In this document: in pieces, positions 55,704 to 64,000 of the stretch
Numbering within the stretch: the first letter of the stretch is position 1
How the letters are laid out: each line of letters opens with the position of its first letter
Assembly (NCBI GenBank): GCA_029775855.1
Contig: JARVJZ010000001.1
Location: forward strand, 128,001 to 192,000
Direction: 5' to 3'
Origin: Nitrososphaeria archaeon
GTDB lineage: Archaea; Thermoproteota; Nitrososphaeria; Nitrososphaerales; JAAOZN01
DNA length: 64,000 nt
The notes under the pieces: model-generated
The model's database searches: none
The model's input: only the letters and a program-made list of their open reading frames with translations
What the model was told of the DNA's origin: nothing
Made by a program: the position numbers and the translations under genes

Positions 55704-57635
55704 ATGCTAAATAACTTCACATATATGGTTGGCGGTCAGCAGGGGAGCGGAGTAGACACCTCAGCGAACATATTCGCTAAAGCCTGCGGCTTGGCTGGTC
55801 TTGAGATCTATGGAAAAAGAGAATATCATTCTAACATAAAGGGTATGCACAGCTATTTTCAGTTGAAGGTCAACAGTCAACCTGTAAGATCCTTAACGAG
55901 TAAAGTAGACCTCTTAGCTTCCTTTGATGAAGAGACGCTTGCTGTTCACTACGATGAGGTTTCCACCGGCGGGGGTGTGATCTATGATCCTAAGACCTTA
56001 GATAAGAAAATTACAAGCATACCTACTCTAGATAAGATTGTGGTCAATCGTCTAATAAAACGCCTCGAAGCGCAAGGTCTTAACTTAACTATAGAGAGTT
56101 TGATAGAAGAATGTAGAAGAAGAGGTGTGCATACATACCCCCTACCTTATGATGAAATATTGACTGAAATATCTAAGAAGTCGGAGAAGAAATTTAGTGA
56201 ATTAGCGAGAATGATTAATGTCTTGGCTGTTGCTTCAAGCCTAGCGTTGGTCGAGCTCGAAATAACCTACATAGAGCGAGCAATAAAAAATGTTTTTAGA
56301 GGAAAGGCTAAGGCTGTTGAAGAAAACATCGAAGGCGCAAAGATCGCATATGAATATGTTAAGAATCACTATAGCGCATCCTTTCCATATAAGCTCAAAA
56401 GCCAACCAAACGGAAAACGCCTACTATTAACTGGTAATGAAGCTATCGCTCTAGGCAAGTTAGTTGGTGGCTGCAGATTCCAAAGCTACTATCCGATTAC
56501 ACCAGCAGCAGATGAAAGCATCTTTCTGGAAGCCCGCGCCATCTTTAGACTAAACGGAAAGGATGAAGTAGGCTCTATAGTGGTCTTCCAAACAGAAGAT
56601 GAACTCGCAGCATTAACAAGCGCAACAGGAGCCGGATTAGCGGGTGCACGCGCAGCTACATCAACCTCAGGACCAGGATTCTCCGTTATGGTTGAGGGAC
56701 TAGGGTGGGCTGGTATGAACGAGGTGCCGGTAGTCGTCACATTGTATCAGAGAGGCGGCCCATCCACTGGTCTACCTACAAGGCACGAGCAAGGTGATCT
56801 TAGATACGCTCTTCACGCTGGGCATGGCGAGTTCCCTAGAATTGTTATAGCCTCTGGCGATATTGAGGAAGCTTTCTACGATGCTGCCCAAGCCTTCAAT
56901 TATGCTGAAAAGTATCAGACGGTGGTTATTCATCTGGTAGACAAGGCTTTAGCTAATAGTAATCAGACAGTTAAGCTAGATCCTAGTATCGTTAGGATAG
57001 AGCGTGGCAACCTTCTAAGCGAAGAGGATATAGTGAAGGTTAAGAGTGCAGGAGGTGAGTATAAGCGTTTTGCCTACACGCCATCAGGAATATCGCCAAG
57101 AGTAAAGCTCGGTACAAAAGGATGTGTCTTCTGGAATTCTGGTGATGAACACGATGAATTAGGGCACATAAATGAAAATCCTGAAAATAGGGTTATGATG
57201 ATGGATAAGCGTATGAGTAAACTAGAATTGGCTGATTCTGAGATTCCCCTCGGCGAGAAGATCAAATATTTTGGTAGCGAGGATGCGAAGTTTAAGGTTG
57301 TAAGCTGGGGCTCGACTAAAGGCGCGATCTTAGATGCAATACATCATCTAAGTGAAGAGGGTATAGAAATAGGCTTTCTCCAAATCAAGATGTTATGCCC
57401 TCTGCCCTCAAACGATATATCAAAAATACTTGAAGACTCAAAGGTTATAGATGTTGAAATGAACTACTCTGGTCAGCTAGGAGGTTTAATAACAGAAAAG
57501 ACGGGCATTAAAGTTAGCAACTACATCGTAAAATATAACGGCAGACCCATGTTCCAAGACGAAGTATATCAATCTTTAAAAGATGTGGTTGAAGGAACGG
57601 CACCAAAAAGGAGGGTCCTCACACTTGGCGCTTAA
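55704..57635 (+). CDS. 2-oxoacid:ferredoxin oxidoreductase alpha (fused gamma-alpha) subunit
   Basis: [42 protein letters not shown]. Confidence 0.94.
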   Translation: MLNNFTYMVGGQQGSGVDTSANIFAKACGLAGLEIYGKREYHSNIKGMHSYFQLKVNSQPVRSLTSKVDLLASFDEETLAVHYDEVSTGGGVIYDPKTLDKKITSIPTLDKIVVNRLIKRLEAQGLNLTIESLIEECRRRGVHTYPLPYDEILTEISKKSEKKFSELARMINVLAVASSLALVELEITYIERAIKNVFRGKAKAVEENIEGAKIAYEYVKNHYSASFPYKLKSQPNGKRLLLTGNEAIALGKLVGGCRFQSYYPITPAADESIFLEARAIFRLNGKDEVGSIVVFQTEDELAALTSATGAGLAGARAATSTSGPGFSVMVEGLGWAGMNEVPVVVTLYQRGGPSTGLPTRHEQGDLRYALHAGHGEFPRIVIASGDIEEAFYDAAQAFNYAEKYQTVVIHLVDKALANSNQTVKLDPSIVRIERGNLLSEEDIVKVKSAGGEYKRFAYTPSGISPRVKLGTKGCVFWNSGDEHDELGHINENPENRVMMMDKRMSKLELADSEIPLGEKIKYFGSEDAKFKVVSWGSTKGAILDAIHHLSEEGIEIGFLQIKMLCPLPSNDISKILEDSKVIDVEMNYSGQLGGLITEKTGIKVSNYIVKYNGRPMFQDEVYQSLKDVVEGTAPKRRVLTLGA

Positions 57636-58596
57636 ATTAGCTGATTTTAAAGAGCAGATACACAATGACTGGTGCCCAGGATGTGGAGACTTCGGCATCC
57701 TGAGTGCTCTTCAGTCTGCTTTGGCTGAACTTAATCTAGAGCCTCATCAAGTAGCAATCTTCTCTGGGATAGGCTGCTCAGGTAAACTTCCCCACTTTGT
57801 TAAGGCTTATGGTATACACACACTACACGGCAGACCTTTACCATACGCTTTAGGTGCGAAGTTAGCGAACCCGAATCTTGAGGTTATAGCTGTTAGCGGT
57901 GATGGTGATGGGTTAGGTATAGGTGTAAGTCACTTTGTTCACGCCGGTAGGCGAAATGTAGATGTGACTTACATAGTGCACGACAATGGTGTTTACGGGC
58001 TTACAAAGGGTCAGGCTTCCCCCACTCTGAAGCTTGGTGTTAAAACCAAGGCTATACCTGAGCCTAATATCAATGATGCTGTTAACCCGATCTTCTTAGC
58101 CCTAGCTGCTGGCGTCACATTCATAGCTAGAGGATATGCCTATGATATCAAGCATCTTAAAGATCTGTTGGTGAAGGCGATTAGACATAAGGGCTTCGCC
58201 TTTATAGATGTGCTTCAACCTTGCCCAACCTATAACGATGTCAACACAAAGGCCTTCTACTCTGGTGAAGATAGATTAGACCCGCTAACCAAGAAGCCGA
58301 GGCCTAGAGTGTATAGGCTTGAAGACTTGGGGTATGATCCCGTTGTTAGAGCCGATATGACTAAGGAGCAGGTTATGGCAAAGATCTATAAGGTAATCGA
58401 GCTCTCGTTAGAATGGGGTGACCATATACCTATAGGCGTCTTCTACCAAAATGAGACTATGCCAACATATGAACAGAGGTTAGAGCAGAGGCTCCGCGCA
58501 TACCTATCTAATCCACCGGCTAACCAGAGGCTAAACACACCAGAGGGATTTTCAGCAACGGACATATCTGAGATCTTGCAAGAGCTGAGTGTCTAG
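57625..58596 (+). CDS. 2-oxoacid:ferredoxin oxidoreductase beta subunit (probable TTG start 57625)
   Basis: [35 protein letters not shown]; AGGAGGG SD. Confidence 0.94.
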   Translation: MALKLADFKEQIHNDWCPGCGDFGILSALQSALAELNLEPHQVAIFSGIGCSGKLPHFVKAYGIHTLHGRPLPYALGAKLANPNLEVIAVSGDGDGLGIGVSHFVHAGRRNVDVTYIVHDNGVYGLTKGQASPTLKLGVKTKAIPEPNINDAVNPIFLALAAGVTFIARGYAYDIKHLKDLLVKAIRHKGFAFIDVLQPCPTYNDVNTKAFYSGEDRLDPLTKKPRPRVYRLEDLGYDPVVRADMTKEQVMAKIYKVIELSLEWGDHIPIGVFYQNETMPTYEQRLEQRLRAYLSNPPANQRLNTPEGFSATDISEILQELSV

Positions 58597-58620
58597 CAAG
58601 CTCAGCTGCACACCTAACAT

Positions 58621-59526
58621 TTATCCTATCACCTCTTTAACCCAGCTTATAGTCTTCTTTAACCCCTCTTCAAATGAAACCATTGGTTCGTAGCCGAGTT
58701 TCTTTTTAATCTTAGAAACATCTGGGTAGCTTCTCATAGGCTCACGCTCAGCATCACTCCTAGGAGGTAGAATCAAAAGTTTTGAATCGGAATTAGTTAA
58801 CCTCTTCACCTCCTCAGCTACTTGCCTAATGGAGCGTTCTGCACCCGTGCCTACATTGAACACCTCCCCTATAGCTTGAGGGTTAAGTAGACATAGTTCA
58901 ACCGCTTTGGCGTAGTTTTCAACATAATAGGGGTCAGTAGTGTCAGCTCCACCATTATAGAGTGGTATATCCACTCCTTGTAGGCAGCATCTTATAAAGT
59001 TAGGTATAGCAGCTGTAAGCCTCTCATACTCCCCAAAGATCTTCCAAGAGCGAAGCACCGTAGCCTTTAACCCTTTATGCATCACATAACTTCTAACAAG
59101 GTACTCACCAATAACCTTAGAGAAGTCATATGGCGTTCTTGGGTTGAAAGAAGTTTCTTCTTTGACTGGCAGTTCAAGAGGCAGCCCATAAACATTAGCT
59201 GAACTTGCATATATAAACCTCTCAACACCTTTTGACGCCGCAGCATCTAAGATGTTTAGTGTACCAAAGTCATTCACAAGATATGTTCCATACGGGTCTT
59301 GGAGGCTCAGCTTGATGTCAGTTATTGCAGCAAGATGAACCACAGCGTCAAAATCAAGCTTACCAAGCACTTGAAGCACAAACTCTCTGTTAGACAGATC
59401 ACCATTCACATCAGCTCCTCTAAGGTCTGTAGTATAGACGTTAAAGCCTCTTTTAGAGAGGTATGATGTAATATGTCGCCCGATGAATCCTGATGCCCCA
59501 GTAACAAGTACATTCAGATTAGGCAT
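58621..59526 (-). CDS. NAD-dependent epimerase/dehydratase (extended SDR)
   Basis: TGASGFIG, HLAA, SSANVYG, YDFSK. Confidence 0.9.
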   Translation of the reverse strand: MPNLNVLVTGASGFIGRHITSYLSKRGFNVYTTDLRGADVNGDLSNREFVLQVLGKLDFDAVVHLAAITDIKLSLQDPYGTYLVNDFGTLNILDAAASKGVERFIYASSANVYGLPLELPVKEETSFNPRTPYDFSKVIGEYLVRSYVMHKGLKATVLRSWKIFGEYERLTAAIPNFIRCCLQGVDIPLYNGGADTTDPYYVENYAKAVELCLLNPQAIGEVFNVGTGAERSIRQVAEEVKRLTNSDSKLLILPPRSDAEREPMRSYPDVSKIKKKLGYEPMVSFEEGLKKTISWVKEVIG

Positions 59527-59587
59527 ACTTTTGCTGAAAATAATCTGTATATTTAAAAAGTTATCTAACTAACCAACTCCCAACTAT

Positions 59588-61327
59588 TTACTGCAGGTAT
59601 GCTGAGACAACATACTTATGAAGCATAAAGTTGGTGTTGAATCTTGGCGCTAAGATCTTTATAGAATTCTTCATCATATTGATCCATTCACCTCTTGCTT
59701 TGTAATATTTAGGTAGTATTATGTATTCCAGTTTCGCATAGAGGTCTTCAAGTTCCTTCATATACCTTTCCTCCGCAGAAATCTGAGCATCTGGATGCGG
59801 CCCTATAGCCCACCCGGTAACGTTTTCAACCCAGCCTTCAAGCCACCACCCATCCAGCACACTAAAATTCAGCACACCGTTGTGCGCTGCTTTCATTCCG
59901 CTCGTTCCACAAGCTTCATAAGGCGGTAGTGGTGTGTTGAGCCAGACGTCGCACCCTGCGACCATTTTCGCCGCTATGGAAATGTTGTAGTTTTCTAGGT
60001 ATGCTGTCTTTATGCAGCCGCTTAGCTCCTTCATGTGGCGGTGGACCGCTTCTATCATCTCTTTTCCGTAGATGTCGTTTAGATGCGCTTTCCCAGACAT
60101 TATTATCTGAAGTTTATTCACTTTTCCTATTTTCTTCAATCTTCTTAAATCTGAGAAGACCAATGTGTGCCTCTTATATCCAGTCGCCCTTCTAGCGAAG
60201 CCTATTGTTAAAGCGTCATAGGTTAGGTTGTTTGAGGTCTTCTGATTTACAAAATCTATCAGCTCCTTCTTGGCCTCCATATGTGCTTCCCAGAGCTCGT
60301 CGCTGGGTATAATATCTACTCTGCTTAAAAGCTCTGGTTCTTTACTCCACCCGGGTAAGTATTTGTCGTATAGTGCTCTTAGGCTTCTGCAGACCCAAGT
60401 GTATGAATGCACACCATTGGTTATAGCTTTTATGTCATGGTTTGGGAAGAGCTGTTTAGAAACCTCAGCGTGCTTTTTACTAACCCCGTTTACGAAACCG
60501 CTTAAATTTAATCCGAGTAGTGTCATATTGAGGGCGTCGTGCCCGCCATATCTTCTTAGGTGTTCTTCAGGCAATATATCCCCTAAGATGCTCTTTACCA
60601 AGTCATAGTGGAAGATGTCGTGGGCAGAGTTTGTGGGGGTGTGTGTTGTGAAGACACATCTCCTTCTAACCGCTTCTGCATCCATCTCATATCTTCTGAG
60701 CAGCTCTAATGCAACGAAGCTCGTATGCCCCTCATTCATATGATACTTCTTTACAGAGTAGCCCAATGTATCAAGCATCCTTACCCCACCTATGCCTAAA
60801 ATCGCTTCTTGCTTCAACCTATAGGCTCGGTCATCTCCATATAACAAAGACGTAATCTCCCTATCGATGGCTGTATTTGCATCAAGATTTGTGTCTAAAA
60901 ATATGAGAGGAACACGAGAACCATCGACACCTTTTACTTCTAACTTCCAAGCGCCAACCTTAACGCTTCTACCTTCCAACCCAACGGTGACTTCTGTAGG
61001 AAGCTTCGTCAGATACTTAGATGGATCCCATTCATCTAACTCCTCTATCTGCTTTCCCTCTGGTGTTAGGCTCTGCTTGTAGTAGCCTCGCCTATTAAGT
61101 AAAGTTACTCCAACAAATGGTATGCCTAGGTCTGCGGCAGCTCTTAGGGTGTCTGCTGCAAGTATCCCTAACCCACCGCTGTAAATAGGTATTTCACTCG
61201 ATAAACCAACTTCCATTGTAAAGTATGCTATTATATTGCCGTTGGGTGTTTGCATGAATGTTCGCCGGAGTTGGTTTCCATCCCTAACTATAATAGTTAA
61301 ATCTTTTGGTCTACTTTTTTTAGCCAT
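59588..61327 (-). CDS. glgP: Alpha-glucan phosphorylase (short form)
   Basis: YSGGLGILAAD, HMNEGH, FTTHTP, ITNGVH, FARRATGYKR, EACGTSGMKA. Confidence 0.93.
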   Translation of the reverse strand: MAKKSRPKDLTIIVRDGNQLRRTFMQTPNGNIIAYFTMEVGLSSEIPIYSGGLGILAADTLRAAADLGIPFVGVTLLNRRGYYKQSLTPEGKQIEELDEWDPSKYLTKLPTEVTVGLEGRSVKVGAWKLEVKGVDGSRVPLIFLDTNLDANTAIDREITSLLYGDDRAYRLKQEAILGIGGVRMLDTLGYSVKKYHMNEGHTSFVALELLRRYEMDAEAVRRRCVFTTHTPTNSAHDIFHYDLVKSILGDILPEEHLRRYGGHDALNMTLLGLNLSGFVNGVSKKHAEVSKQLFPNHDIKAITNGVHSYTWVCRSLRALYDKYLPGWSKEPELLSRVDIIPSDELWEAHMEAKKELIDFVNQKTSNNLTYDALTIGFARRATGYKRHTLVFSDLRRLKKIGKVNKLQIIMSGKAHLNDIYGKEMIEAVHRHMKELSGCIKTAYLENYNISIAAKMVAGCDVWLNTPLPPYEACGTSGMKAAHNGVLNFSVLDGWWLEGWVENVTGWAIGPHPDAQISAEERYMKELEDLYAKLEYIILPKYYKARGEWINMMKNSIKILAPRFNTNFMLHKYVVSAYLQ

Positions 61328-61468
61328 TTATTTTTCGGTCTTTGAATCATTTAGTTTCTTTCTAATTTCTATATGTATAGTATAATTTAAATTTAAGTTT
61401 TACTAAAAAAGAACATAGTAATATTGTTAAACACTATTTGTGCGCGTATATGGCGTGGAATCTTGATT

Positions 61469-62995
61469 ATGGAAAGAGGCAGAGAGGAACTCCGAGGATA
61501 TGAGCAGATAAATGAGAAGATTAAGCGTGGCGACGCTATCGTAATGACCGCTGAAGAATTCATCGAATTAGTCGAGCAGAGCGGCTTAGAGAAGGCTGCT
61601 AAAGAGGTAGATATAGTCACTACTGGCACATTTGGCGCAATGTGTAGTTCAGGCGCTTTCATGAACTTCGGGCACTCTGAACCACCTATAAAGATGATAA
61701 GATGTTGGCTCAACGATGTCCCAGCATACAAGGGTCTTGCTGCTGTAGATGCATATTTAGGTGCAGCAGCTATGAGTGAAACCAGACCGTTTGAATATGG
61801 CGGTGGTCATGTTATAGAGGATCTTGTGTCGGGTAAGGAAATTGAGCTGAGGGCTGAATCATACGGCACAGACTGCTACCCTAGACGTAGCCTAGAGACC
61901 ACTATCGTATTAGAGGATCTTAATCAAGCCTACCTATATAACCCTCGTAATGCTTACCAAAGGTATAACTCAGCCACTAACAGCTCAGACCGCATCCTCT
62001 ACACATACATGGGCACTCTTCTACCGAGATACGGCAACATAACATTCTCTGGTTCTGGGCAGCTAAGCCCGCTCTACAAAGATCTAGGCTTAGAAACCAT
62101 AGGTTTCGGAACACGAATATTCCTAGGAGGAGGAGTAGGTTATGTTGTAGGCGAGGGCACACAACATAAACCTCAAAGCGGATTTGCAACACTGGCTGTT
62201 AAAGGAGACTTAAAAGGTATGAGCCCAGAGTACCTTAAGGGCGCAGTCTTCCAAAACTATGGGACGACACTTTATGTTGGCATAGGCATACCCATACCCC
62301 TCATAAACATGCGTGTGGCGTCAACTGCGGCGCTAAAAGATGAAGACATCCCTGTGGATATACTCGATTACAGCATCCCATCTCGAGATAGACCTATAGT
62401 TAAGAAGAGCAACTATGCTGAGCTTAAGTCTGGAAGAGTACTAATAGGAGACAAAGAGGTGCCTTCATCACCTCTATCAAGCGTTAAAGTTGCCAGAAAG
62501 ATAGCTGAGGTGTTGAAGAAGCAAATCGAAAATAAAGAGTTCTTTCTTCAGCGACCTATAGAGTTGCTACCGAGCTACAGAGAGTTTAAACCTCTCAAGA
62601 TTAAGAAACGTGAAGTGACTGTCAGAGACCTAATGATGCCCCTCCAAGAGCTCATCTTAGCAAGCCCCGAGGACGAAGTAAAGAAGGTTGCCAGACTCAT
62701 CGTTGAAAAGAACATAGATCACATACCTATTATAAGTGAAGACGGTGTGTTGATAGGCATTGTAACGACTTGGGACCTAACTAAAGCTCTTGCTGAAGAC
62801 AAGCACAAACTAAAAGAAATAATGACAAGAACAGTTATAACAGCAAAAGAAGATGAAAGGGTTGACGAAGTTGCAAAGCGGATGGCTCAATACCACATCT
62901 CTGGGTTGCCAGTAGTCGATGATGTTATGCATGTAAAAGGGTTGATAACCTCAGATGATATTTCAAGAAAACTTGTAGGGAGGCGAGCTGCTTGA
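61469..62995 (+). CDS. L-aspartate semialdehyde sulfurtransferase / homocysteine biosynthesis protein (DUF39 + 2 CBS; MA1821/MJ0100 family)
   Basis: VDIVTTGTFGAMCSSG, GLAAVD, YGGGHVI, NPRNAYQ, TYMG, C-terminal CBS pair. Confidence 0.9.
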   Translation: MERGREELRGYEQINEKIKRGDAIVMTAEEFIELVEQSGLEKAAKEVDIVTTGTFGAMCSSGAFMNFGHSEPPIKMIRCWLNDVPAYKGLAAVDAYLGAAAMSETRPFEYGGGHVIEDLVSGKEIELRAESYGTDCYPRRSLETTIVLEDLNQAYLYNPRNAYQRYNSATNSSDRILYTYMGTLLPRYGNITFSGSGQLSPLYKDLGLETIGFGTRIFLGGGVGYVVGEGTQHKPQSGFATLAVKGDLKGMSPEYLKGAVFQNYGTTLYVGIGIPIPLINMRVASTAALKDEDIPVDILDYSIPSRDRPIVKKSNYAELKSGRVLIGDKEVPSSPLSSVKVARKIAEVLKKQIENKEFFLQRPIELLPSYREFKPLKIKKREVTVRDLMMPLQELILASPEDEVKKVARLIVEKNIDHIPIISEDGVLIGIVTTWDLTKALAEDKHKLKEIMTRTVITAKEDERVDEVAKRMAQYHISGLPVVDDVMHVKGLITSDDISRKLVGRRAA

Positions 62996-63381
62996 AGGTA
63001 AAACTACGCTACTCGCATGAAGTAGCCTCAAAACCCATTTTGGCTGAGATCATCTTGAAGACAGGATTGCTCATCAACATACTTGAAGCCAAACTCACAC
63101 CTAAAGAAGGTGAAATGGTTATAGATATAGCTACACAAGGCTCAGCTCTAAAGAATGCGCTACAACAACTTCGGTCATCCGGACTAGAGGTTATCGAGCT
63201 TAGAAGCTTAGTAGAAGTGGATAAAGGATTATGCATATCTTGCGGCGCATGCATCTCACCATGCCCCTCTAAAGCCATCAGCTTCGACGAAAATCTTGAC
63301 ATAGAGATAGATGCTAAAAGGTGTATAGGTTGTGGCATATGTGTAAAAGCTTGCCCACGAAGAGCTATCCAACTGATCTAA
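62992..63381 (+). CDS. NIL-domain ferredoxin (MA1822/MJ0099 family)
   Basis: N-terminal NIL (INILEA), CISCGACISPCP, CIGCGICVKACP. Confidence 0.9.
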   Translation: MKVKLRYSHEVASKPILAEIILKTGLLINILEAKLTPKEGEMVIDIATQGSALKNALQQLRSSGLEVIELRSLVEVDKGLCISCGACISPCPSKAISFDENLDIEIDAKRCIGCGICVKACPRRAIQLI

Positions 63382-64000
63382 ATGGAGAAATAGCCCCGCC
63401 GAGGATATACCAAATATATCAAAGAGGACTGTATCGAGCAAAGGCAAGAATCAAAGAATCGAACCTAAATGTAATATCAGATAAAGAAGAAGCTATAAAC
63501 ATAGCCATACAAACTATCTACAACCAGAGAATACTACTTGAAGACTACATAAGAAAAGACCTAAGATTCAGATACGCGCTCAAACCAATAAGCCCAATAG
63601 AAGACGCGCCAGAAGCGGCGAAATTAGCTTGCAGGGCAGCAGAAGAAGCAGAAGTAGGGCCTATGGCTGCTTTACCCGGTGCTTTAGCCGATTTGGCGGT
63701 TAAAAGCATGGCTAAGATTGGATGCAGAGTGAAAGTTGTAGAGAATGGTGGTGAAGTATCAGCTGCTACGGATAGGGAGATTTGTGTGGCTTTGTATGCG
63801 GGCAACTCTCCTATTAGTTCTAAGATAGGCTTTGTGCTTGAAGCTAGCTGTTTAATGGCTGGGTTGGCTACCAGCTCAGCGACTATCAGTCATGCGATTA
63901 GTTTTGGCGAAGCTGACGCGGCTGTTGTTTACGCTGAAGGCGCTGCTTTAGCTGATGCTGCTGCTACAAGGATATGTAATGTGGTTAGAGGTGATGACGA
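63339..64000 (+). CDS. UPF0280/ApbE-like protein (MA1715 family), 3'-partial, start uncertain
   Basis: Open frame to the window end: IKESNL...VGPMAALPGALAD...VENGGEV...ATSSATISHAISFGEADAA...LADAAATRICN. Confidence 0.85.
   Translation, partial: MCKSLPTKSYPTDLNGEIAPPRIYQIYQRGLYRAKARIKESNLNVISDKEEAINIAIQTIYNQRILLEDYIRKDLRFRYALKPISPIEDAPEAAKLACRAAEEAEVGPMAALPGALADLAVKSMAKIGCRVKVVENGGEVSAATDREICVALYAGNSPISSKIGFVLEASCLMAGLATSSATISHAISFGEADAAVVYAEGAALADAAATRICNVVRGDD

Noticed and set aside
923-63805. Many 60-240 aa antisense or alternate-frame ORFs in the track (e.g. 6640-7362, 27046-27429, 40723-41148, 63545-63805)
   Set aside because: Shadows of well-supported genes, with no recognisable motifs

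Overview
Archaeal chromosomal segment, gene-dense, with no transposase, integrase, CRISPR array or rRNA recognised. Gene content and recalled similarity (not searched) point to a deep-branching, probably non-ammonia-oxidising and anaerobic or facultative member of Nitrososphaeria (Thaumarchaeota) or a close relative. Housekeeping blocks: class I LysRS, GlyRS, Elp3, the rps6e-eIF2g-PIN-rpo7-spt4-DPCK-rps24e-rps27ae cluster, GINS-MCM-Hel308, RtcB and three tRNAs. These are interleaved with anaerobic redox and metal genes: a three-subunit HydABC/Bfu-type flavin-bifurcating module whose third subunit carries a GltD/NfnB-type NADPH domain (Stn-like transhydrogenase candidate); a solitary acetylene-hydratase-family Mo/W enzyme next to AOR, a Zn-ADH and an AOA-like 4-hydroxybutyryl-CoA dehydratase; a 2-oxoacid:ferredoxin oxidoreductase preceded by a NifU/Cys-rich protein ending in Gly-Gly; a DtxR-FeoA-FeoB operon; and the methanogen-type homocysteine trio. 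Features not in the ORF track: tRNA-Glu(UUC) with an 18-nt intron inside the anticodon, a perfect 27-bp palindrome over the feo promoter, a 10-6-10 inverted repeat over the abfD promoter, a 55-aa Cys/His microprotein, and partial genes at both window edges. All product calls rest on motif recognition by eye.
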